A stretch of DNA of 64,000 nt from contig OZ024751.1 of assembly GCA_964016885.1 (NCBI GenBank), forward strand, positions 2,666,001 to 2,730,000. The letters run 5' to 3'. Below are positions 1 to 16,059 of this stretch, piece after piece (the first letter of the stretch is position 1; each line of letters opens with the position of its first letter). Position numbers and translations under genes: made by a program. The DNA is from Eledone cirrhosa (lineage: Eukaryota). A model generated the notes under the pieces. It saw only the letters and a program-made list of their open reading frames with translations, was not told the DNA's origin and searched no databases.

Positions 1-1400
1 ATATTCAGAGTCCTTATTGGGGTTGGAGAGTATAGTTTTATCTCGTTGGCAGTTGTGTGTTGCCTGCCCTGTCTGCTAAAGAGGGTCTTAGGTTATTATT
101 TGTTATAGGTGTGGTGTCCTCGTCTATGTGCGTTTCTAAGTGTCTGATTAGGTTTAGCGGCGTTGCGGTTCTAGTTGGGTCATTGTAAGATATCTTCTCA
201 ATGTATCCAGCCTTTTCAAGTACGGAGTTATAGTATTCCGCGTGCTGGTTGAAGATAGTTCTATTTGCTGACAGGGTGGACACTCTGTAGGGAACGCTTT
301 TAACTATTGAGTTAATTATGCTCCTAGGGTGGTTGGAGTGTCTGTTGACATATTTGAGGTTACTATTTAGTTTATGGTAAGGGCGGTAGAGACCTGTGTC
401 TAATTCTAAAGTGACGTCTAAGAAGTCTACTATCCTACTGTTGGATTCTATTTCTACGGAGGGGATATCGTCTGGTAATATATTTAGGAGGTATAGGCCT
501 ACTATATCGGTAACCTATGCGGAGTCGGTCGACTCTATTGTAATGTCGAAGCTATCTGGTCTATTCTGTCGTTCCTACAATTTACCGTCAAATTCTAGTA
601 TGATGTCCACCTCCTTTCTATTGAGGCTTGATCTGTCATGGCTGAGATCAGTGACTTGTTAAGGATGATTGGAGATATAGAAGCGTAGTAGTTCGCAATG
701 TCCATTTGGACTAATCGAACTTCCGACTTAGTTTCAATGCCGGAGAACCAGTCGATTATCTCTTTTGTACATAACCAGAGGCTGAGTTTAGTTCTATTTC
801 TAAGTTCTGGTATAACCCGGTCAATGATAGATTTGCTTAGTCTACCTAGGTCTGATTTAGAGGGAGCTATGAGTCTGACCGGTAGTTTGAACTGAAAGTC
901 CGGTTTGTGGTATTTAATAGATATCCTCGGTGTCCTAGGGTTGTAGGTTTGATTCCTGTCATCTATGCTCAGTCATTATTGTTTTCGCCTGTTTGTTTAT
1001 GTGTGCTAGGTTTTCCCGTGTTGATGTTTTGTATATTTTAGCTATTTCGTTTGTGATTCATTTCTTGTAGGTTTTGTACTCCAAATGATAGATGTTTCCT
1101 GTTTTATAGGCCGGTACGATGATGCCAGGGTTATTCCTGACCTTTTTTACAGTAGATGCGAGCCCAGACAGGAATGCACTTTTGTCAGGGTTTCGCGGTG
1201 GTTTTCTGTATTTAATGGTCCGGACCATGGCAATAATCCCGTCCTCAAATTCCTCTAGCAGTGGGTTGTGCGGTGGGTTTTTCCTCGATTTGAATAGTTT
1301 TTTTCGTGTGGTTGGTGGTTTTGTCGTCGGATCCAGGGGCCCTCCTGTTGTTACCATACCTTCTAATGAAATTGTTGGCCTGCATTAGTAAAAGGTTCAT
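1..1400 (-). mobile_element. Degenerate Penelope-like element (N-terminal region, RT remnants, thumb); continues past the left edge
   Basis: Minus-strand pieces: FKSRKNPP..LLEEFEDGIIAMVRTIKY..IIVPAYKTGNIY (ADKT-like), LIAPSKSDLGRLSKSIIDR, FLDVTLELDTGLYRPYHK..YVNRHSNHPRSII, STLSANRTIFNQHAEYYNSVLEKAGY. These align by eye with the PLE at 30343-31449. Stops and frameshifts are present and most of the RT core is missing. Confidence 0.85.
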
Positions 1401-1616
1401 GTATACATCATCCGAAGGTATAGGTGTGTCCTTTAGGGAGAAAGTGTTGTAGAAAAATTCAATGGTGTTCCAGGTAAGCGCTCGACTAAGTAAGGAGCTT
1501 TTGTGTGTGCTGTTTTGCTATAATATTTCGTTTTGCGCCTGGGTGCGTGTGTACTTGTTCCCTTGTACGCATGGTTACGCAATGGTTGTATGTATGATAG
1601 TGTGTATAAACAAATA

Positions 1617-1647
<31 letters not shown>

Positions 1648-1720
1648 ACCTGGTTGAGGGGAAGGGAAAACGCCGAGTACAATTATAAAGCGATAGAAAC
1701 TATAAGCCGATTATACAGAG

Positions 1721-2002
1721 AGTGATGGTGGGGTGAGATTGGTGGTAGTGTTGGCGGTTGTGTTGTTGTTGTTGATGGTGGCAATGGCATTATTTCTGTT
1801 GATGTTGTCAGTGTTGTATTTAGAGTAATTGACAGTAATGGTGATGGTGATGTTATTGTTGTTGTTGGTGGTGTCGTTGTTGTTGATGGTGGTGGTGTCG
1901 TTGACGTTGGTAGTGATGGTTTCATTGTTCTTGGTGGTTGTGTCGTTATTGTTGGTGGTGTGTTGTCGCTGTTGTTGTTGCTGGCATCGTTATTGTTGAT
2001 GG
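1721..2002. repeat. Low-complexity (GTT/GGT/GAT)n tract
   Basis: Degenerate trinucleotide repeats grading into the satellite. Confidence 0.9.
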
Positions 2003-5000
2003 TGGTTAACATACCATCACATTGGTTAACATACCATTTCAGTGGTTAACATACCATCACATTGGTTAACATACCATTTCAGTGGTAAACATACCATCAC
2101 TTTGGTTAACATACCATTTCAGTGGTTACCATACCATCACATTGGTTATCATACCATTTCAGTGGTTACCATACCATCACATTGGTTAACATACCATTTC
2201 AGTTGTTACCATACCATCACATTGGTTAACATACCATTTCAGTTGTTACCATACCATCACATTGGTTAACTTACCATTCCAGTTCTTATCATACCATCAC
2301 ATTGGTTTACATACCATTTCAGTGGTTACCATACCATCACATTGGTTAATGACCCTTTCGGTGGTTACCATACCATCACATTGGTTAAAAAACCATTTCA
2401 GTTGTTACCATAACATCACATTGGTTAACATACCATTTCAGTGGTTAACATACCATCACATTGGTTAACGTAGCATTTCAGTGGTTACCATACCATCACA
2501 TTGGTTAACATACCATTTCAGTGGTTGGCACACCATCACATTGGTTAAACATACCATTCCAGTTGTTACCATACCATCCCATTGGTTAACATAGCATTTC
2601 AGTGGTTACCATACCATCACATTGGTTAGCATACCATTTCAGTGGTTACCATACCATCACATTGGTTAACATACCATTTCAGTGGTTAGCATACCATCAC
2701 ATTGGTTAACATACCATTTCAGTGGTTACCATAACATTACATTGGTTAACATACCATTCCAGTGGTTAACATACCATCACATTGGTTAACATACCATTTA
2801 ATGGTTACCATACCATCCCATCGGTTAACTTACCATTTCAGTTGTTGCCATACCATCACATTGGTTAACATACCATTCCAGTTGTTACCATACCATCACA
2901 TTGGTTAACCTACCATTTCAGTGGTTACCATGGCGCCACATCGGTTAACATAGCATTTCAGTTGTTACCAAACCATCGCATTGGTTAACATAGCATTTCA
3001 GTTGTTACCATACCATTACATTGGTTAACATGCCATTTCAGTTGTTACCATACCATCGCATTGGTTAACATACCAATCCAGTTGTTACCATACCATCACA
3101 TTGGTTAACATACCATTTCAGTTGTTATCATACCATCACATTGGTTAATATACCATTTCAGTGGTTACCATACCACCACATTGATTGACATACCATTTCA
3201 GTGGTTACCATACCATCATATTGGTTAACTTGCCATTTCAGTTGTTACCATAACATCGCATTGGTTAACATGCCATTTCAGTTGTTACCATAGCATCACA
3301 TTGATTAACATACCATTTCAGTGGTTACCATACCATCACATTGGTTAGCATATCATTTCAGTTGTTACCATAAAATCACATTGGTTAACATACCATTTCA
3401 GTGGTTACCATAGCATCACATTGGTTAGCATACCATTTCAGTGGTTGCCATACCATCACATTGGTTAACATACCATTTCAGTGGTTACCATACCATCACA
3501 TTGGTTAACATACCATTTCAGTGGTTAGCATACCATCACATTGGTTAACATACAATTTCAGTGGTTACCATACCATCACATTGGTTAACATACCATTTCA
3601 GTTGTTACCATACCACCACATTGGTTAACCTACCATTTCAGTGGTTACCATGGCATCACATCGGTTAACATAACATTTCAGTTGTTACCATGCCATCACA
3701 TTGGTTAACATACCATTTCAGTTGTTTCCATACCATTACATTGGTTAACATACCATTTCAGTTGTTACCATACCATCACATTGGTTAACATACCATTCCA
3801 GTTGTTACCATACCATCAAATTGGTTAACATACCATTTCAGTTGCTACCATACCATCACATTGTTTAAAATACCATTTCAGTTGTTACCATACCTTCACA
3901 TTGGTTAACATACCAATCCAGTTGTTACCATACCATCACATTGGTTAACATACCATTTCAGTTGTTATCATACCATCACATTGGTTAACATACCATTTCA
4001 GTGGTTACCATACCACCACATTGATTAACATACCATTTCAGTGGTTACCATACCATCATATTGGTTAACTTGCCATTTCAGTTGTTACCATAACATCACA
4101 TTGGTTAACATACCATTTCAGTTGTTACCATAGCATCACATTGGTTAACATACCATTTCAGTGGTTACCATACCATCACATTGGTTAACATACCATTTCA
4201 GTTGTTACCATAAAATCACATTGGTTAAATAACATTTCAGTGGTTACCATACAATGAGATTGGTTAACATACCATTCCAGTTGTTGCCATACCATCACAT
4301 TGGTTAACATACCATTTCAGCGGTTAACATACCATCACATTGGTTAACTTACAATTTCAGTAGTTACCATACCATCACATTGTTTAACATACCATTCCAG
4401 TTGTTACCATACCATCACAGTGGTTAACATATCATTTCAGTGGTTACCATACCATCACATTGGTTAACATACCATTTCAGTGGTTGGCACACCATCACAT
4501 TGGTTAACATACCATTCCAGTTGTTACCATACAATCCCATTGGTTAACATAGCATTTCAGTGGTTACCATAGCATCACATTGGTTAACTTACCATTCCAG
4601 TTCTGATCATAACATCACATTGGTTAACATAGCATTTCAGTGTTTACCATACCATCACATTGGTTACCTTACCACTTCAGTGGTTACCATACCATCACAT
4701 TGGTTAACATAGCGTTTCAGTTGTTGCCATACCATCACATTGGTTAGCATACCATTTCAGTGGTTAACATACCATCACATTGGCTAACATACCATTCCAG
4801 TTGTTACCATACCATCAAATTGGTTAACATACCATTTCAGTGGTTACCATACCATCACATTGGTTAACTTACCATTTCAGTGGTTACCATACCATCACAT
4901 TGGTTAACATACCATTTCAGTTGTTACCATACCATGACATTGGTTAACATACCATTCCAGTTGTTACCATACCATCACATTGGTTAACATACCATTTCAG

Positions 5001-8000
5001 TTGCTACCATCCCATCACATTGGTTAACATCCCATTTCAGTAGTTACCATACCATCATATTGGTTAACATACCATTCCAGTTGTTACCATACCATCACAT
5101 TGGTTAACATACCATTTCAGTTGTTACCATACCATCACATTGGTTAACATACCATTTCAGTTGTAACCATACCATCACATTGGTTAACATACCATTTCAG
5201 TTGTTACCATACCATCACATTTGTTAACATACCATTTCAGTTGTTACCATATCATCACATTGGTTAACATACCATTTCAGTGGTTACCATACCATCACAT
5301 TGGTTAACTTACCATTTCAGTTACTACCATACCATCATATTGGTTAACATACCATTTCAGTTGTTACCATACCATCACATTGGTTAACATACCATTTCAG
5401 TGTTTACCATACCATCACACTGGTTAACATACCATTTCAGTTGTTACCATAGCATCACATTGGTTAACTTACCATTCCAGTTCTTATCATACCATCACAT
5501 TGGTTAACATGCCATTTCAGTGGTTACCATACAATCACATTGGTTAACTTTCCACTTCGGTGGTTAACTTTCCACTTCATGGTTACCATACCATCACATT
5601 GGTTAACATACCATTCCAGTTGTTACCATACCATCCCATTGGTTAACATAGCATGTCAGTGGTTACCATACCATCACATTGGTTAGCATATCATTTCAGT
5701 GGTTACCATACCATCACATTGGTTAGCATACCATTTCAGTGGTTACCATACCATCACATTGGTTAACATACCATTTCAGTTGTTATCATACCATCATATT
5801 GGTTAACATACCATTTCAGTGGTTACCATACCACCACATTGATTAACATACCATTTCAGTGGTTACCATACCATCATATTGGTTAACTTGCCTTTTCAGT
5901 TGTTACCATACCATCATATTGGTTAACTTGCCATTTCAGTTGTTACCATACCATCACATTGGTTAACATACCATTTCAGTTGTTACCATAACATCACGTT
6001 GGTTAACATACCATTTCAGTGGTTACCATACCATCACATTGGCTAACATACCATTTCAGCTGTTACCATAAAATCACATTGGTTAACATAACATTTCAGT
6101 GGTTACCATACCATGACATTGGTTAACATATCATTCCAATTATTACCGTACCATCACATTGGTTAGCATACCATTTCAGTGGTTACCATACCATCACATT
6201 GGTTAACATACCATTTCAGTGGTTGGCACACCATCACATTGGTTAACATAGCATTTCAGTTGTTACCATACCATCACATTGGTTAGCATACCATTTCAGT
6301 AGTTACCATACCATCACATTGGTTAACATACCATTCCAGTTGTTACAATACCATCACATTGGTTAACATACCATTTCAGTTGTTACCATACCATCACATT
6401 GATTAACATACCATTTCAGTGTTTACCATACCATCACATTAGTTAACATACCATTTCAGTTGTTACCATAGCATCACATTGGTTAACTTACCATTCCAGT
6501 TCTTATCATACCATCACATTGGTTAACATGCCATTTCAGTGGTTACCATACAATCACATTGGTTAACTTACCAGTTCAGTGGTTACCATACCATCACATT
6601 GGTTAACATACCATTTCAGTTGTTACCATACAATCACATTGGTTAACATACCATTTCAATTGTTACCATACCATCACGTTGGTTAACATGCCATTTTAGT
6701 GGTTAACATACCATCACATTGATTAACATACCATTCCAGTTGTCACCATACCATCAAATTGGTTAACATACCATTTCAGTGGTTGCCATACCATCACATT
6801 GGTTAACATACCATTTCAGTTGTTACCATAGCATCACATTGGTTAACTTACCATTCCAGTTCTTATCATACCATCACATTGGTTAACATGCCATTTCAGT
6901 GGTTACCATACAATCACATTGGTTAACTTACCAGTTCAGTGGTTACCATACCATCACATTGGTTAACATACCATTTCAGTTGTTACCATACAATCACATT
7001 GGTTAACATACCATTTCAGTTGTAACCATACCATCACATTGGTTAACATAGCGTTTCAGTTGTTGCCATACCATCACATTGATTAACATACCATTCCAGT
7101 TGTTGCCATACCATCAAATTGGTTAACATACCATTTCTGTGGTTACCATACCATCACATTGGTTAGCTTACCATTTCAGTGGTTACCATACCATCACATT
7201 GGCTAACTTACCATTTCAGTTGTTACCATACCATGACATTGGTTAACATACCATTCCAGTTGTTACGATACCATCACATTGGTTAACATACCATTTCAGT
7301 TGCTACCATACCATCACATTGGTTAACATACCATTTCAGGTGTTACCTTACCATCACATTGGTTAACATACGATTCCAATTGTTACCATACCATCACATT
7401 GGTTAACATACCATTTCAGTTGTTACCATACCATCACATTGGTTAACATAACATTGCATTGGTTACCATACCACCACATTGGTTGACATACCATTCCAAT
7501 GGTTACCATACCATCATATTGGTTAACTTACCATTTCAGTGGTTACCATACCATCACATTGGTTAACATACCATTTCAGTGGTTACCATACCATCACATT
7601 GGTTAACATACCATTTCAGTTGTTACCATAGCATCACATTGGTTAACTTACCATTCCAGTTCTTATCATACCATCACATTGGTTAACATGCCATTTCAGT
7701 GGTTACCATACAATCCCATTGGTTAACTTACCACTTCAGTGGTTACCATACCATCACATTGGTTAACATACCATTTCAGTTGTTACCATACCACCACATT
7801 GGTTAACATACCATTTCAGTTGTTACCATACCATCACATTTGTTAACATGCTATTTTAGTGGTTAACATACCATCACATTGGTTAACATACCAGTCCAGT
7901 TGTTACCATACCATCGAATTGGTTAACATACCATTTCTGTGGTTACCATACCATCACATTGATTAACTTACCATTTCAGTGGTTACCATACCATCACATT

Positions 8001-11000
8001 GGTTAACTTACCATTTCAGTTGTTACCATACCATGGCATTGGTTAACATACCATTCCAGTTGTTACGATACCATCACATTGGTTAACATACCATTTCAGT
8101 TGCTACCATACCATCACATTGGTTAACATACCATTTCAGGTGTTACCTTACCATCACATTGGTTAACATACCATTCCAATTGTTACCATACCATCACATT
8201 GGTTAACATACCATTTCAGTTGTTACCATACCATCACATTGGTTAACATAACATTTCAGTGGTTACCATACCACCACATTGGTTAACATACCATTTCAAT
8301 GGTTACCATACCATCATATTGGTTAACTTACCATTTCAGTGGTTACCATACCATCACATTGGTTAACATACCATTTCAGTTGTTACCATAGCATCACATT
8401 GGTTAACTTACCATTCCAGTTCTTATCATACCATCACATTGGTTAACATGCCATTTCAGTGGTTACCATACAATCCCATTGGTTAACTTACCACTTCAGT
8501 GGTTAACATGCCATCACATTGGTTAACATACCATTTCAGTTGTTACCATACCACCACATTGGTTAACATACCATTTCAGTTGTTACCATACCATCACATT
8601 GGTTAACTTACCATTTCAGTGGTTACCATACCATCACATTGGTTAACTTACCATTTCAGTTGTTACCATACCATCAAATTGGTTAACATACCATTTCAGT
8701 TGCTACAATACCATCACATTGGTTAACATACCATTTCAGTGGTTGGCACACCATCACATTGGTTAACATACCATTTCAGTTGTTACCATACCATCACATT
8801 CGTTAACATACCATTTCAGTTGTAACCATACCATCACATTGGTTAACATACCATTTCAGTTGTTACCATACCATCACATTGGTTAACATACCATTTCAGT
8901 GGTTGGCACACCATCACATTGGTTAACATACCATTCCAGTTGTTACCATACCATCACAATGGTGAACATACCATTTCAGTTGTTACCATACCATCACATT
9001 GGTTAACATGCCATTTCAGTTGTAACCATACCATCACATTGGTTAACATACCATTTCAGTGGTTACCATACCATCACATTGGTTAACTTACCATATGAGG
9101 TGTTACCATACCATCACATTGGTTAACATACCATTTCAGTTGTTACCATACCATCACATTGGTTAACATACCATTTCAGTGTTTACCATACCATCACATT
9201 GGTTAACATATCATTTCAGTTGTTACCATAGCATCACATTGGTTCACTTACCATTCCAGTTCTTATCATACCATCACATTGGTTAACATGCCATTTCAGT
9301 GGTTACCATACAATCACATTGGTTAACTTACCACTTCAGTGGTTACCATAACATCACGTTGGTTATCATACCATTTCAGTTGTTACCATACAATCACATT
9401 GGTTAACATACCATTTCAGTTGTTACCATATCATCACATTGGTTAACATGCCAATTTAGTGGTTATCATACCATCACATTGGTTAACATACCATTCCAGT
9501 TGTTACCATACCATCAAATTGGTTAACATACCATTTCTGTGGTTACCATACCATCACATTGGTTAACTTACCATTTCAGTGGTTACCCTACCATCACATT
9601 GGCTAACTTACCATTTCAGTGGTTACCGTACCACCACATTGGTTAACATACCATTCCAATTGTTACCATACCATCATATTGGTTAACTTACCATTTCAGT
9701 GGTTACCATACCATCACATTGGTTAACATACCATTTCAGTGGTTACCATACCATAACATTGGTTAACATACCATTTCAGTTGTAACCATAGCATCACATT
9801 GGTTAACTTACCATTCCAGTTCTTATCATACCATCACATTGGTTAACATACCATTTCAGTGGTTACCATACCATCACATTAGTTAACTTACCACTTCAGT
9901 GGTTACCATAACATCACACTGGTTAACATACCATTTTAGTTGTTACCATAACATCACATTGGTTAACATACCATTCCAGTTGTTACCATACCATCAAATT
10001 GGTTAACATACCATTTCTGTGGTTACCATACCATCACATCGGTTAACTTACCATTTCAGTGGTTACCATACCATCACATTGGTTAACTTACCATTTCAGT
10101 TGTTACCATACCATGACATTGGTTAACATACCATTCCAGTTGTTACGATACCATCACATTGGTTAACATACCATTTCAGTTGCTACCATACCATCACATT
10201 GGTTAACATACCATTTCAGTGGTTGGCACACCATCACATTGGTTAACATACCATTTCAGTTGTTACCATACCATCACATTCGTTAACATACCATTTCAGT
10301 TGTAACCATACCATCACATTGGTTAACATACCATTTCAGTTGTTACCATACCATCACATTGGTTAACATACCATTTCAGTGGTTGGCACACCATCACATT
10401 GGTTAACATACCATTCCAGTTGTTACACTACCATCACAATGGTGAACATACCATTTCAGTTGTTACCATACCATCACATTGGTTAACATACCATTTCAGT
10501 TGTTACCATACCATCACATTGGTTAAAATACCATTTCAGTGGTTACCATACCATCACATTGGTTAACTTACCATATGAGTTGTTACCATACCATCACATT
10601 GGTTAACATACCATTTCAGTTGTTACCATACCATCACATTGGTTAACATACCATTTCAGTGTTTACCATACCATCACATTGGTTAACATACCATTTCAGT
10701 TGTTACCATAGCATCACATTGGTTAACTTACCATTCCAGTTCTTATCATACCATCACATTGGTTAACATGCCATTTCAGTGGTTACCATACAATCACATT
10801 GGTTAACTTACCACTTCAGTGGTTACCATACCATCACATTGGTTATCATACCATTTCAGTTGTTACCATACAATCACATTGGTTAACATACCATTTCAGT
10901 TGTTACCATAGCATCACATTGGTTAACTTACCATTCCAGTTCTTATCATACCATCACATTGGTTAACATGCCATTTCAGTGGTTACCATACAATCACGTT

Positions 11001-14000
11001 GGTTAACTTACCACTTCAGTGGTTACTATACCATCACATTGGTTATCATACCATTTCAGTTGTTACCATACAATCACATTGGTTAACATACCATTTCAGT
11101 TGTTACCATACCATCACATTGGTTAACATACCATTTCAGTTGTTACCATACCATCACATTGGTTAACATACCATTTCAGTGTTTACCATACCATCACATT
11201 GGTTAACATACCATTTCAGTTGTTACCATAGCATCACATTGGTTAACTTACCATTCCAGTTCTTATCATACCATCACATTGGTTAACATGCCATTTCAGT
11301 GGTTACCATACAATCACATTGGTTAACTTACCACTTCAGTGGTTACCGTACCATCACATTGGTTATCATACCATTTCAGTTGTTACCATACAATAACATT
11401 GGTTAACATAACATTTCAGTTGTTACCATACCATCACATTGGTTAACATGCCATTTTAGTGGTTAACATACCATCACATTGGTTAACATACCATTCCAGT
11501 TGTTACCATACCATCAAATTGGTTAACATACCATTTCTGTTGTTACCATACCATCACATTGGTTAACCTACCATTTCAGTGGTTACCCTACCATCACATT
11601 GGCTAACTTACCATTTCAGTTGTTACCATACCATGACATTGGTTAACATACCATTCCAGTTGTTACGATACCATCACATTGGTTAACATACCATTTCAGT
11701 TGCTACCATACCATCACATTGGTTAACATACCATTTCAGGTGTTACCTTACCATCACATTGGTTAACATACCATTCCAATTGTTACCATACCATCACATT
11801 GGTTAACATACCATTTCAGTTGTTACCATACCATCACATTGGCTAATATAACATTTCAGTGGTTACCATACCACCACATTGGTTAACATACCATTCCAAT
11901 GGTTACCATACCATCATATTGGTTAACTTACCATTTCAGTGGTTACCATACCATCAGATTAGTTAACATACCATTTCAGTGGTTACCATACCATCACATT
12001 GGTTAACATACCATTTCAGTTGTTACCATAGCATCACATTGGTTAACTTACCATTCCAGCTCTTATCATACCATCATATTGGTTAACATGCCATTTCAGT
12101 GGTTACCATACAATCACATTGGTTAACTTACCAGTTCAGTGGTTACCATACCATCACATTGGCTAACTTACCATTTCAGTTGTTACCATACCATGACATT
12201 GGTTAACATAACATTTCAGTTGTTACCATACCATCACATTGGTTAACATGCCATTTTAGTGGTTAACATACCATCACATTGGTTAACATACCATTCCAGT
12301 TGTTACCATACCATCAAATTGGTTAACATACCATTTCTGTGGTTACCATACCATCACATTGGTTAACTTACCATTTCAGTGGTTACCCTACCATCACATT
12401 GGCTAACTTACCATTTCAGTTGTTACCATACCATGACATTGGTTAACATACCATTCCAGTTGTTACGATACCATCACATTGGTTAACATACCATTTCAGT
12501 TGCTACCATACCATCACATTGGTTAACATACCATTTCAGGTGTTACCTTACCATCACATTGGTTAACATACCATTCCAATTGTTACCATACCATCACATT
12601 GGTTAACATACCATTTCAGTTGTTACCATACCATCACATTGGCTAACATAACATTTCAGTGGTTACCGTACCACCACATTGGTTAACATACCATTCCAAT
12701 GGTTACCATACCATCATATTGGTTAACTTACCATTTCAGTGGTTACCATACCATCAGATTGGTTAACATACCATTTCAGTGGTTACCATACCATCACATT
12801 GGTTAACATACCATTTCAGTTGTTACCATAGCATCACATTGGTTAACTTACCATTCCAGCTCTTATCATACCATCATATTGGTTAACATGCCATTTCAGT
12901 GGTTACCATACAATCACATTGGTTAACTTACCAGTTCAGTGGTTACCATACCATCACATTGGTTAACATACCATTTCAGTTGTTACCATACAATCACATT
13001 GGTTAACATACCATTTCAGTTGTTACCATACCATCACATTGGTTAACATAGCGTTTCAGTTGTTGCCATACCATCACATTGATTAACATACCATTCCAGT
13101 TGTTGCCATACCATCAAATTGGTTAACATACCATTTCTGTGGTTACCATACCATTACATTGGTTAGCTTACCATTTCAGTGGTTACCATACCATCACATT
13201 GGCTAACTTACCATTTCAGTTGTTACCATACCATGACATTGGTTAACATACCATTCCAGTTGTTACGATACCATCACATTGGTTAACATACGATTCCAAT
13301 TGTTACCATACCATCACATTGGTTAACATACCATTTCAGTTGTTACCATACCATCACATTGGTTACCATACCACCACATTGGTTGACATACCATTTCAAT
13401 GGTTACCATACCATCATATTGGTTAACTTACCATTTCAGTGGTTACTATACCATCACATTGGTTAACATACAATTTCAGTGGTTACCATACCATCACATT
13501 GGTTAACATACCATTTCAGTTGTTACCATAGCATCACATTGGTTAACTTACCATTCCAGTTCTTATCATACCATCACATTGGTTAACATGCCATTTCAGT
13601 GGTTACCATACAATCCCATTGGTTAACTTACCACTTCAGTGGTTACCATACCATCACATTGGTTAACATACCATTTTAGTTGTTACCATACCACCACATT
13701 GGTTAACATACCATTTCAGTTGTTACCATACCATCACATTTGTTAACATGCTATTTTAGTGGTTAACATACCATCACATTGGTTAACATACCATTCCAGT
13801 TGTTACCATACCATCGAATTGGTTAACATACCATTTCTGTGGTTACCATACCATCACATTGGTTAACTTACCATTTCAGTGGTTACCATACCATCACATT
13901 GGTTAACTTACCATTTCAGTTGTTACCATACCATGACATTGGTTAACATACCATTCCAGTTGTTACGATACCATCACATTGGTTAACATACCATTTCAGT

Positions 14001-15035
14001 TGCTACCATACCATCACATTGGTTAACATACCATTTCAGGTGTTACCTTACCATCACATTGGTTAACATACCATTCCAATTGTTACCATACCATCACATT
14101 GGTTAACATACCATTTCAGTTGTTACCATACCATCACATTGGTTAACATAACATTTCAGTGGGTACCATACCATCACATTGGTTAACATACCATTTCAAT
14201 GGTTACCATACCATCATATTGGTTAACTTACCATTTCAGTGGTTACCATACCATCACATTGGTTAACCTACCATTTCAGTTGTTACCATAGCATCACATT
14301 GGTTAACTTACCATTCCAGTTCTTATCATACCATCACATTGGTTAACATGCCATTTCAGTGGATACCATACAATCCCATTGGTTAACTTACCACTTCAGT
14401 TGTTACCATGCCATCACATTGGTTAACATACCATTTCAGTTGTTACCATACCACCACATTGGTTAACATACCATTTCAGTTGTTACCATACCATCACATT
14501 TGTTAACATGCTATTTTAGTGGTTATCATACCATCACATTGGTTAACATACCATTCCAGTTGTTACCATACCATCAAATTGGTTAACATACCATTTCTGT
14601 GGTTACCATACCATCACATTGGTTAACTTACCATTTCAGTGGTTACCATACCATCACATTGGTTAACTTACCATTTCAGTTGTTACCATACCATGACATT
14701 GGTTAACATACCATTCCAGTTGTTACGATACCATCACATTGGTTAACATACCATTTCAGTTGTTACCATAGCATCACATTGGTTAACATACCATTTCAGT
14801 TGTTACCATACCATCACATTGGTTAACATACCATTTCAGTGGTTAACATACCATCACATTGGTTAACATACCATTTCAGTTGTTACCATACCATCACATT
14901 GGTTAACATACCATTTCAGTGGTTAACATACCATCACATTGGTTAACATACCATTACAGTTGTTACCATACCATCACATTGGTTAACATACCATCACATT
15001 GGTTAACATACCATTTCAGTGGTTACCATACCATC
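2003..15035. repeat. 13 kb tandem satellite; 40-bp unit made of two related 20-mers (GGTTAACATACCATTTCAGT + KGTTACCATACCATCACATT)
   Basis: Continuous, visible 20/40-bp periodicity with very few indels. Confidence 0.99.
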
Positions 15036-15039
15036 GCAG

Positions 15040-15937
15040 ATCAATAGCATCAACCACACCATCAGTAACAAGAGCAGCAAAAATAACGATAGCAACAACA
15101 ACAACAACAGTAACATCAGTAACAACAACAGCAGTAACGATAACGGCAGTAATTACACCACCACCAGTAATAACAACAGTAACAACAACAGTAACACCAG
15201 TAACAAAAAGAACAGTAAAAAAAAAGTAACAACAGTAACAACAACAACAGTAACAACAGGAACAATAACAACAACCACAGTAACAACAACAACAGTAACA
15301 ACAACAACAGTGACAACAACAACACTAACATCAACAACAGTAACACCAACACAGCAGTACCAACAACAACAGTAACAAAAACAGTAACAACAACAGTGAC
15401 AACAACAACAGTAACAACAACAATAGTAACAGTAACAACAACAACAGTAACAACAACAACAGTAACAACAACAACAGTAACAACAACAACAGTGACAACA
15501 ACAACAGTAACAACAACAACAACAACAACAACAGTAACAACAACAACAACAGTAACAACAGCAACAACAGTGACAACAACAACAGTAACAACAACAGTAA
15601 CAACAACAGTAACAACAACAACAACAGTAACAACAGCAACAACAGTGACAACAACAACAGTAACAACAACAGTAACAACAACAGTAACAACAACAGTAAC
15701 AACAACGACAGTGACAACAACAACAGTGACAAGAACAGTAACAACAACAACAGTAACAACAACAACAGTAACAACAACAACAACAGTAACAACAACAACA
15801 GTAACAACAACAACAACAGTAACAACAACAACAACAACAACAGTAAGAATAACAACAGTAACAACAACAACAACAGTAAGAATAACAACAGTAACAACAA
15901 CAACAACAGTAACAATAACAACAGTAACAATAACAGT
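15040..15937. repeat. (AAC)n interrupted by AGT, compound microsatellite
   Basis: Units such as acagtaacaacaaca; source of the poly-T/V/L/C ORFs. Confidence 0.97.
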
Positions 15938-16059
15938 CCATATATAATATTCTCTTGCTATATTAGCAACAGTTCCTGTGAGTTGGCAGTTTTCCACCTT
16001 TTGCCGTATTATACACTACACCAATAATCAATACTATTGACTACTGCTACTTCCTGCTC

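Noticed and set aside
2003-15035. CRISPR-like regular array
   Set aside because: No unique spacers and no cas genes; an ordinary eukaryotic satellite.
15950-15985. Possible micro-exon signals in the unique spacer between satellites
   Set aside because: Too short to distinguish from chance.
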